Below are positions 36,831 to 46,372 of a stretch of DNA of 64,000 nucleotides, piece by piece. The position numbers and the translations under genes were made by a program. The stretch comes from Spizellomyces punctatus DAOM BR117 (lineage: Eukaryota), in the NCBI GenBank assembly GCA_000182565.2, contig KQ257450.1, one strand, 5' to 3'. Position 1 is the first letter of the stretch; every line of letters starts with the position of its first letter. The notes under the pieces are model-generated. The model was not told the origin of the DNA and did no database searches. It saw only the letters and a list, made by a program, of their open reading frames with translations.

Positions 36831-39304
36831 ATGCCCGTTATAAAAGGTAATTAATTGTCATATTGTGCTGTGCACAGATATATCAAGGGCCCGTGTCTTT
36901 TGACAGACGCTGATACTTCTTTACATTACGCGACCATTAGTGAACGTAAAATGGGGAGGCAAAAAATTGGAAAACATTGAATTGGATACCGACCAACCAG
37001 GGATCGTGTTCAAAACACAACTCTACACTGTCACAGGTGTGCCTCCGGAGCGTCAAAAAATCATGGCAAAAGGAGGAATGCTGAAGGTGCGATCTTGCAG
37101 ATCGCGTTTATGCTGCCCGACTATCGAGTTGGCAAAGCTGGCGTAACAGCGCTGGGAGACTAAAAAGAAACATCTTGCTTCCGTAGGATGACGCTGATAT
37201 GAACAGCCTTGGCTGGAAAGAAGGCCAGCAAATCATGGTACATCCTCTCTATTGACTCTTAGTGCACGTTGTCATAAGGTGGACTAAGAATGGAATGTGC
37301 TCCAGATGATGGGAACCGCAGGTGAACTGCCCAAGGCCCCCGAAAAGCAGACTATGTTCGTAGAGGACATGACGGACGCACAGATCGCACAGGCGGTAGG
37401 AATATGTACCATGTGGTACGACCATGATTGGGAGACTTATTACAAGCTGTAGCTGAAACTTCCGGCCGGGTTGGTCAATATGGGAAATACGTGCTACATG
37501 AACGCTACACTTCAATGTCTGCGTGCGATTCCCGAGCTCCAGAGTGCGTTGGTCAAGTAAGTAAACTATGTTGTTAGTCTCCCTTCTCAAAGTATCCACC
37601 GGAATATTCATATTGCATTGCCACAGGATGCCATCGGCTATTGGTGTTGATGGCCGGGAGAACTTGGCCTTATCTATGCGAACACTCTTTGAAGAATTGG
37701 AAAAGTCTGGCGACTCTGTTCCGCCACTCGTATTCTTGCAGGTGCGAGTTGCACTCACCTGAGATTGGAAAATCGTACACGAGCACATGTTGATATTGTC
37801 CATCCTTAGGTGCTTCGATCAGTTTTCCCGCAATTTAGTGAGATGGACCGCGGAGGCTACATGCAGCAAGATGCAGAGGAATGTTGGGGACAAATTGTTC
37901 ACGCGCTTGGTGCAAAAGTGCCTGGACTCACCCGGGAAGGGGAGTTAAATACGGACAAGCACTTTGTAGATCAGTATATGACGGGAGAACTCCTTTCTAT
38001 GTGAGTCTTGTGCATCTATGGAAAAGGTGTGGCAATTATGCTAAGGTCCGGGATAGGTTGAGTTGTGATGAAGCGCCGGAGGAAGGAAGCACAACGTCCG
38101 TCGACACGTTCAACAAGCTTCGAGTTAACATCGGTTCTGGAGGTTTGCTGACTGATCCTTGTTGGATACAAGGGCCACGGCAGTTACTAACGTTAAATGA
38201 CGTTCGTAGTGTCAACATATATGCTTACAGATATTGCGAAGGTGCGAGAACGCAAGTGGTCCCTCTTCCCTGCTTCTTCCATTCTTATCACATAGCATAG
38301 GGCCTTGAGGAAAAGATTGAAAAGAACTCGCCCACGCTCAATCGGTCAGCTGTATATACGAAAAAGTCCAAAATTTCTCGGTTGCCAGCATACCTGGCAA
38401 TAAACTTCGTCAGATTCCAGTGGAAACCAGAAACCCGCACCAAGGCCAAGATTCTAAAGGTGGGTTCGGATAAAGAAGACCACCCCAGATGGTACAATAA
38501 CGGATTATCTCGTATCCCACGTCTACAGAAAGTGAAGTTTCCATTTGACCTGGACATGTCGGAGTTTTGCACACCGGAGCTACAGGAAAAATTGCGACCT
38601 GCAAAACTGAGGCTAAAGGATGTTGAGGAGAAGAAGGCGGCAGAGCGGGTAGGTTCACCTAAGCTGTTGCGGGCAATATTCAGCGCCATAATCGACGTAT
38701 TTTTCTTTTCAGAAAGCCAAAAAGGTGAAGCTTGATGAAGGTCCTGTTGTAGCGGGCGGGTCAGACACAATGGAGACCGCCCCACCAGCCCAAACCGACG
38801 TGGACCAAAAAAATGTAGCCTCCAACCTGGACCAGCTAGAGAAAATGAAGGAGATTGGTGTGGATCCGAGTCTTTACAACGACATCGGAGCGAACGTCTC
38901 TGGACAATATGACCTTGTCGCAGGTCAGTGACCGAGAGTATAGTATTCAGGAGCCCTTAAACTCATATCACAAATAAGTCCTGACACATATTGGACGAGC
39001 GGCTGATTCGGGACACTATATTGGATGGGTGAAGCATGGCGAAGATCAGTGGTGTAAGGAACATTTTTCGAGTCAACTGTGTATCGTAGCTTGTAATGTT
39101 GATCTGCTGACTCTCCTTAGGGAAATTTGATGACGACAAAGTTTCCCAAATTAAACCGGAGGACGTTGAAAAGCTCGAAGGGGGCGGAGATTGGCATACA
39201 GGTAAATGTTTTGGGGGCTCAGTAGTGGTAAGAAAAAGATCTAATGGTCGGCTCTCGCCTTTCCAGCGTACATTGCCCTTTACCGGACCAAGAAGATTGA
39301 ATAG
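36831..39304 (+). CDS. UBP6: Proteasome-associated ubiquitin-specific protease Ubp6/USP14
   Basis: UBL domain (VKWGG...TGVPPERQKIMAKGG), Cys box GLVNMGNTCYMNATLQCL, QQDAEECW, His box HIGRAADSGHY, and LEGGGDWH. Confidence 0.95.
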
Positions 39305-39342
39305 ATGACGCATGTAAAATATAACAATTGCCAGCACAGCAT

Positions 39343-40083
39343 CTATACTTCAGACGATTCGACGGCTAGAGCCGGCATAATCCCAGACCTTTCCATATCT
39401 ATTGCCCATAATGCGGACCCCACAATATTCGTAAACATGAAGAGCATCCCAATTATGGGTACCATTTCTAGCAGAACAGCTACTGATCCGAAGCTCGTAT
39501 ACGCCTGTCGATGGCTTCTGACGAATTTTTTCCCAGCCGTGAATCCAAATCCTCTCAAATCAAACCAATGCAAATGAAGTGCCCACGCAGCCAAATAACC
39601 ATTCAAGAGAAGGAATAGGATCGTCCCAAATATTGGCAACAGGTGTAAAGGTGCCGTCACCACCAGCAGAAACAACCGCGCGACAACCAAGTACATTATC
39701 CAGACGCCAGCATGTGCACATCCCAACCAGCATCCCCTTGCGCAGCTCCCCTCTCCGGCAGGACAACCTGTCACCATGCTTACAACATCGTCAAACAACT
39801 GATCGGCGACTGTTGGTAAAGCTATCGCCAAAAACAACAGACTCGCCGCGAAAATTTCCACCAGCACCAGAAATACCGCGAGTATCCAAGCCAACCATTC
39901 TGGCATAAAACTATCTAAGGCGTGCGCCTGCGGCTTCAGCGTAAAAACGAAGAAGACGACTGTAGATCCCACCGCAAAGAGAAGGGCTATTATGAGGGCG
40001 CATATCACCCGGAGCCAAAGTGTGGGGTGCGTCACGAAATATAAGATACCACGGAGAGGGTATATTGAAGGGTGTAAGAGCAT
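39343..40083 (-). CDS. EI24/CysZ-like multi-pass membrane protein; intronless
   Basis: YPLRGILYF..HP.LW, several TM helices, LH.HWF.L.G and YTSFG...LLE.VPI....F.FTN.VG.ALWA, typical of fungal EI24-domain proteins. Confidence 0.8.
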   Translation of the reverse strand: MLLHPSIYPLRGILYFVTHPTLWLRVICALIIALLFAVGSTVVFFVFTLKPQAHALDSFMPEWLAWILAVFLVLVEIFAASLLFLAIALPTVADQLFDDVVSMVTGCPAGEGSCARGCWLGCAHAGVWIMYLVVARLFLLVVTAPLHLLPIFGTILFLLLNGYLAAWALHLHWFDLRGFGFTAGKKFVRSHRQAYTSFGSVAVLLEMVPIIGMLFMFTNIVGSALWAIDMERSGIMPALAVESSEV

Positions 40084-40408
40084 TTTGCTGCGTCCGTTCG
40101 TGTGTCAGAACATGTGGATGGAGATGGATTGCAGCTGGCCTTGCGGGCAGAGGGGGGTTGCCCTCTGGTGTCACGTGATCATGATATAACATGCCAGCGA
40201 CGTTTCGATCAAACACAGATACCAAGTATTTTACTTGCATTCATGTAATTTCTGTGGTTGGAGAGGCGACTACGTCTGTGGTTACAAGCCAGCAGTTATT
40301 GCTTATTGGAGATATTTAAAAAAAGCTACAGATCCATCAGACCTAATGAAACCTGATGCCAACGAGTTCTCGGCTCATATCATTCAAAGGAACAGCGTCC
40401 GTTGAGCA

Positions 40409-40630
40409 GAGTGTAGGTTGCCCGTATCTGTCTCGCTTCCGAGTTTAAGAAAGTGGGACGTGCAACGCAGCGGGATTACAGAGGTACCCTTCCGCAACGT
40501 TCCACACGATGGACTACCAGGAGAAAAGCGAGCATTGAAATCCTCGCTCGCATATCCTCCGCGGTTTGCTCTAGCTTTGTGTCTGAGCCTGAGGCCATAA
40601 CACTGACCACAGGCAATGAGCAAAGCCAAA
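40409..40630 (-). ncRNA. Putative box H/ACA snoRNA (~220 nt); 5' pocket predicted to guide the 18S site equivalent to human Psi1367
   Basis: Minus strand. Lower stem GGCUUUG/CAAAGCU; pocket CUCAUU + UCAGACA; 10-position upper stem GCCUGUGGUC/GGCCUCAGGC with one U-U; H box AGAGCA (40567-40572) exactly 14 nt from the pocket apex. Further hairpins follow, then a GGUAGUCC/GGGCAACC stem and ACA at 40412-40414. Confidence 0.65.
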
Positions 40631-40779
40631 TCACATGACAAAAAAATAGAATGAGATAATGCTCAATTGAATGCACAATATATCAGGTCCCCCATCTCGG
40701 GAAAAAGCAAGATGTTTCATCAGATCGGTGAAGCATCATTGTGGGTATTCACAATCCCGTCGTTATATTCAGATGCAAT

Positions 40780-41889
40780 CTATTTGGACGCAGTGGCCAA
40801 GATCGCCTCGTATACCTCGAGTTCGATTTTGGCTGCCAGCCTCTCTTGTTCAGTGGGCGCGGAAGTTGTGCGGCGGGTAGCATCATCGGCGGCACGACGA
40901 GCAGCCTGATTATTGATTCATGAGCGGCTCCGCCTCCGACCAGCATGAAAATTGACAACTAACATAGTGAACACTCACATCAAAATCTATGTCCTCAACA
41001 GGGAAGGCCTCCACGGCATTGATATTGAGCGTTGAGTCTGGGTTAATGATAGCAAAGCCACCGCTTGCTGAACACCCGAGAAAAGGTATGATGAGAAAAG
41101 CATATGAAGGAACAAAGTAAAAGAGACCACTAACACACCGAAGACCTTTCTTGGCTTATCCGAGGAAGAAAAAATCTCGATAACACCGGGCTTCAATTGA
41201 GCCACAGTAGGTACGTGGTCAGCGAGAATACCCATATCGCCCTCTGTGGATGACAAGTTCACTTGCGTGGCTTCCACATTCTTAAGAATTGACTATGCAT
41301 CGACCAAAAGCACATCAAGATTTAGCTTATCGTTTCCACAAGTTCCTTTTACAACAAAATCGAATAGGGTTGAACTGACGTCCCTGCCTCTCTAGGGTAC
41401 GGATGCCGGTGGTCTAGAAGTCTGCTATGCTATACGCACATCCCCAAAACCACTTCATCGATGGCCGATAACCCTGCATCATTTGTACCGGTTCCAGGCG
41501 GAGACCAAGCAGTGCTCTCGACATAGATGCGGATGCGATGATCCCAGGGTAACATACATTCTCCTTCGTGCCCCGCCATTAACTTGAATGTACAGCGGAC
41601 GTTCTCTCTACCAATTCCACGCTACCAGGCGAGATTTCACTCGCACAGACGCTATCGGCGCCATCTTCTTTACACACTAGTGTAATCCTCTTCACCCAGA
41701 CCTACCTCATGCGGGAGAGCAAAGTTCAACAGCAACTTCCCGGCAGCCGGAGTGGCATCGGTTGCGTAGGAACGGGCTGCACACCAGAAATGTTAACCAG
41801 TGCACAAATACTTCATCTTTCACCTGTTTTGACATACCCGCAACGTTTCTCAAGATGGGACGAGCGACACGAGTTGCGTAACGGTACAT
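40780..41889 (-). CDS. ATP16: Mitochondrial ATP synthase F1 subunit delta
   Basis: Presequence MYRYATRVARP, LLLNFALPHE, QVNLSSTEGDMGILADHVPTVAQLKPGVIEI, SGGFAIINPDSTLNINAVEAF, and C-terminal AKIELEVYEAIL. Confidence 0.93.
41293..41705 (-). ncRNA. 413-nt ATP16 intron containing a candidate structured RNA of unknown class
   Basis: Intron is several times longer than its neighbours. It contains multiple helices that are improved by G-U pairs on the sense strand (see findings). Confidence 0.45.
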
Positions 41890-42088
41890 GGTGCGGAAAT
41901 CAGCCTGTGCTTGTCGAACTATGATGCAGCGGAGGTCTGCAAACGTCGGCTGCTTGCGGGAAGATGTGGCGCGGCAGGACACATATGGATTGATGAGTCA
42001 TGTGACTGCACGTGAACGGATTACGGAAGACGTGTTCCAAGGACGAAGGCTAGTGTTCAGATCGTTTTTACCAGCGTCAACCAGAAGG

Positions 42089-44848
42089 ATGCCACCAAAG
42101 AAGAAAGGAAAGGGAAAGAAAAAAAGCAAGAAGGAGTTAGAGAAGGAGAGGTTATTGGAAGAAGAGCGCTTGAGAGCGGAAGAGGGTTCGTGCTGAGAGT
42201 CTTTGTATTCGTCATCTTGAGAAATCCTGATTTTTTGTAAACTGCAATAGAGGCACGATTGGCTGAGCAGCAGAGAAAAGAGCTTGAGCTTAGAGAGAGC
42301 CAGCAACGGGAAGCTTTAGAAGCGCTTTTTCGGCAGGTGGGTTCCTGTAACCATTTGGTATAGTTATGTGCCACATTGCAAACTACCCTCGCCCATTTTC
42401 GGCGGAATATAGGAGCAAGAGCGGTTCAAGACGGAGGCGGAGGCTCTTGCCAGTCTGATGGAAAGCCAATTGGCCGAACTGACTGCTGTGGATGAGGAGC
42501 GACATAGGGAAATGGAGGTACTTGATCCAGTACAGAGAACAACGAGTAACCTCGTGTCAATGACCTGAATGTTCCGCTGCATGTAGTGGCAAACTTTGCT
42601 GGAATGCCGCCCACTGCCCAATCCGCAAAAGGAACGCGAAGTAAACACATACCTAGACCTTTGGTCTGCTGAGGACCTTAATATAGAAGAAGGATCACCA
42701 TTAGTGCCACTTTTCAGCGAACTTCCGGCTGCGGAGATCGTGAGTACACATCATTAGAACATTCTGTTGATCTATGATCTACCGGACAAGAATACTCAGT
42801 AATTGAATTGCAGTTGTGCTCCCAAATAGAGCAGGAACTTTCTGGTGCTGGAGCGAATGATGATGCATACAAGAACAGGCTTACCCAACATTTGTTGCGT
42901 TTGCGGACACTGATTCATGACAAGTGGGATTCCGCAACTTCGCAAATTCTGCAGGTACATCTGGAGATTAGGTGTCCCATAGCTAGCCCATCATTGACCT
43001 CTGAGAGTAAAGCACGTTGACCAATTTTCCAGAGAACCTAATGAGAACTTTCAATTGGCGGCTACAACGCAAGACTATGCGTTCGGCGTTTGGGGTAATT
43101 TGACAAAGAACCCACGGTAGGAGCTGTTTCACTTCATTTTCGGCATGCGAGTGGTCGTCGTCTTACAAAAGACGCCGTTGCCTCCCTGCAGTTACAAAAC
43201 TATTGAGTTCGCAGAGCGAAAGTTGACCACCAGTTTGCCAAAACCTCTCGTGCTATCAAATGTTGCCATTCGCATGCTCCTTGAATCCAGCTTTAGCGCA
43301 CCCGTCCCTTACGAAAAGCAGAACGGTAGTCGGAATCTGTCTGTCATCGGACCAGTACTGCTTTTCGACCTGCTCGAAATGCCCGATCCAGCCAAAACGG
43401 TAGATACATGGACGATTCGACCCAGTATGTTCCAGACTGTCGAGTCAACTTCAGAACCTTTGATTCACATAGGATAGTCTTGTCCAAGCAGGGAAAGCCC
43501 AAGCGAATATCTTACCCGTTTAAGAAAGATTTGACAGAAGTTCCCGAGGAGGAGCAAGAAGAGGCGGCGGATGCCTCTATCTGGCCCATGCTTGTTACAT
43601 ACTCTCTGGATCCTGGATGCTTTGCCAACGCTGACGCTGCTACAGTGAGATGGTGGAATGAGGAGGAAAAGATGTGGGATGATGAAGGAATATCTGATGT
43701 GGAGATTGAAGCAGGTTAGTTCCACCTTAAGCTTGTCAACTACGTCGCGAAATGCTTAAATCTTTGCTGTTTTGCTAAGACGCGGGCCTGGTGAAATTCC
43801 GTACCATACACTTTGCACCTACCGCAACAGTTCAAGTGAGAATAATAATGCATCTCCGGATAATGATTTGGCTGTATACCCTGACTACAATTCCAGGGCA
43901 CTTACGCAGAATTTCCCCTACGGGACTGGGATATTCATCCGTCTGGTCCAAACAGCGCCATCATTCACATTCGAGGGACGTTGAGCGATATCAAAATTGA
44001 AATTGGGGAAGGGAACTGTCGATTGATGAGCCCACACTCAGAATACACTGAATCGCATTTAGGGGATCGGTGGATGTCGCCACCGATGCTTTTCAAGGTT
44101 GGAACGCAAGTCATGGTTCATTGTATCTCGTAACTGATGGGATCAGATAGACATTGTCGAGAATGGGACTGAAATTCATTGGACCAACAAGCATGAAGGG
44201 GGTGGAAATAGCAGATCTAATACTAAAGGTGCGTTCTAATGGGGATACACCGAACATTTACTCAAGATCGTTTGAATAGAATCCGGCAGTCGAAGACATG
44301 TGCATCATTGGAATAGGCGCGTTTGCTTCCCATCTTGCATTCCGTCGTAGTCCGAGCAACCGTCATATGTCAAGCTCTAAATGCGTCTTCCAGTTTCGAC
44401 CATATGAGGCAGAAGATGAATGGCCTCTGCCTGATGAGGTTTGGCAGCGTTGGTGTTTAGGCTACCTGGTCAGTCAAACTTAGAGTCGCCGGTGGGTTTC
44501 AGGCGGAATGGCAAAGCGTTGTATTCGATGTAAACTGGAGAGTAGGCGAAGCCACTCAAGCAGCCGGCTTCATTGCGAGCCACGGTCAAGCCATTACGGA
44601 CTCCACCACATTTATTGTCAACTCGGAGGACAACAAGGGCACGGTACGAGTTTGAGTATCTACTATAACATTATTTGATACTGAACACGTCATAAACAAT
44701 TGTATAGATTCATTCCACAACATATCATCTCCTCCAAGAATCCATCGCATCACCCAAAGGAACTGACAGTTCTCCCGAGAGCTCTCCTTTGTTTAGCAAA
44801 ACAGTCAGGCAGATATTAGGCATTACAAGACTCATGTGCTTCTCTTAA
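42089..44848 (+). CDS. DNAI7: Axonemal dynein intermediate chain 7 / CASC1 (CFAP94) homolog, multi-exon
   Basis: MPPKKKGKGKKK...EEERLRAEE, then WQTLLECRPLPNPQKEREVNTYLDLW (Casc1_N motif), GVWGNLTKNP, RWWNEEEKMWDDEGI, FPYGDW, and C-terminal ITRLMCFS*. Confidence 0.8.
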
Positions 44849-45020
44849 GCGTATAATTAGAAACAGTTTATGCTGTGCAATCAGCAAAGCTATTTGCCGA
44901 ACAGATTTACAAGGGACACCACACAGAGAAGCACCACGGCAAGCTTTTTGCAAACCTGTCCCTAGTGTATGTCGACATCTGAATCATATCTGTGGGTTCA
45001 AGTCGTATAAGCATACACTG

Positions 45021-45593
45021 TCATGATCTCAAAAAAACATCGGCGTACCCCGGAATGTGATATCCGACAATGCTGCGTCTCCCTAGAAACATATCAGAAT
45101 TCTTCAATTCCGTGCTAATGAACCTTGTCAATATCTACGCTCACCAATCATTTCCCCAACAACAAAGAATCCTCCAATTTTGATTCCCTCAACTACCAGC
45201 TTTCCAGTCTGTCGAAGCGTTACCTTCCTCCATTCTCCGGTGCGAATCATTTTGGTGGATCTCTGCAATCCTGTGAGCCCTTCACTGAGGTTTGGAATTC
45301 CGATATTGTTGTATGTGGCGACCGTTTTGAAAAATTCAACGCCGACCTTGGTGTAGTAGATAACAGGATCTACAAACCCTAATGGTGGCAAGTTGACAGG
45401 TGAGCGGAAATTTAAGGAAACTTTACGGTATCTCAGAAAGAGAACGCACTCCCTTCAACTCCGACCCAATACGGGAGGATAGGACTAAATCAGAGGGCCT
45501 AGCCTTCTATTTTCTCTTTCTATTCATCTGAACAAACTCACGTGTGGCGCTCTCCAATGTTTTCGAAAGGGCGGTTGGATTCAGTCTTTGCAT
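45021..45593 (-). CDS. ATP20: Mitochondrial ATP synthase subunit g (3' end approximate)
   Basis: PVIYYTKVGVEFFK, and GGFFVVGEMIG/RRSIVGY (the GExIGRR..VGY signature split by an intron). Confidence 0.85.
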
Positions 45594-45843
45594 CGAAATA
45601 TTTCGACAGATGATCTTCTTGCTTGAAGGGAGGTTAATGAATGGTAACATGCGGTACATACTCGTCTTCTTTGCAGGAAGGTTTGGAGGGCAGTGAGCAC
45701 ACGCCAGCGTTTGCATTACGTGATTAAAACTCACGTGCTCGATCGCCTGTGTGACAGCAAATAACACCATGGCAACAAGACTAGCCCAGAGGCCAAAGAT
45801 CCGCCCTCGCAAGCGTCAACGCCGACTAGTCAATTTCACCGTG

Positions 45844-46225
45844 ATGCGACCGATTGACAGAATTAAGAAGCCGTTGGTCTTGCGACCCCCAAAGGTCATG
45901 TCGGCCACTCCGTGTGCCGTTGAAGTTGCCACGCTTTTCAACTGCTGGTGAGTTGTTCAGCCTGCCATGATCCTTTATGCGACGGTTACATAATTGACGC
46001 AATGCACACTGGTAGGCGGGCCCTGAGCGTTGACTCGAAACAGTGTGCGGATTCAGCAAAATCTCTCATGACATGCATGGCCGCACAAGTGAGTGATAAC
46101 TGTGACCTTCCGTGGTTACCTGCGACTAATGCTTTGGCTGATAGGGCAAGTCAACTGGGTCGTCCCGATCTGTCGACCAAATCAATTTCTGGTTGGCAAA
46201 AGCACGTAGAAAGAAGCAGCTATAG
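45844..46225 (+). CDS. MRP10: Mitochondrial small ribosomal protein mS37/Mrp10 (CHCH domain); an in-frame ATG also lies at 45769
   Basis: PLVLRPPK..ATPCAVEVATLFNCW/RALSVDSKQCADSAKSLMTCM (twin CX9C) /...QINFWLAK. Confidence 0.75.
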
Positions 46226-46372
46226 AACAGTAGTTCCCAATCAACCTTCGCCCTCCACTTACAACCGCTAGATCACCTTCCAAACTACCATCTGTAATTT
46301 ATCACCCTGTCCTTAACAATATTTGCAAATACATTTTGAGTTTACAAAGACGACGGTGCATGACGAAGACTG

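Noticed and set aside
40670-40745. Possible C/D box snoRNA in the ATP16 3' UTR (UGAUG.., CUGA, guide resembling LSU GUCCCUAUCU)
   Set aside because: The guide has five G where four are needed, the D+5 position does not match the known methylated C, and box C is imperfect and overlaps the terminal stem.
41360-41380. GTTCAACCC B-box or tRNA T-loop-like motif (also present in the TIR element)
   Set aside because: No T-stem or cloverleaf can be formed. No tRNA gene was recognised anywhere in the window.
41493-41513. CCAGGCGGAGACCAAGCAG resembling SRP RNA helix 8 on the + strand
   Set aside because: Spacing is one base short and the apical stem does not pair properly. No Alu domain or long SRP rod is present, and G-U pairs favour the opposite strand.
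45464-45484. Possible 12-nt microexon in ATP20 intron 1
   Set aside because: A single intron already keeps the frame and the donor (gtattg) is weak; it cannot be supported without cDNA.
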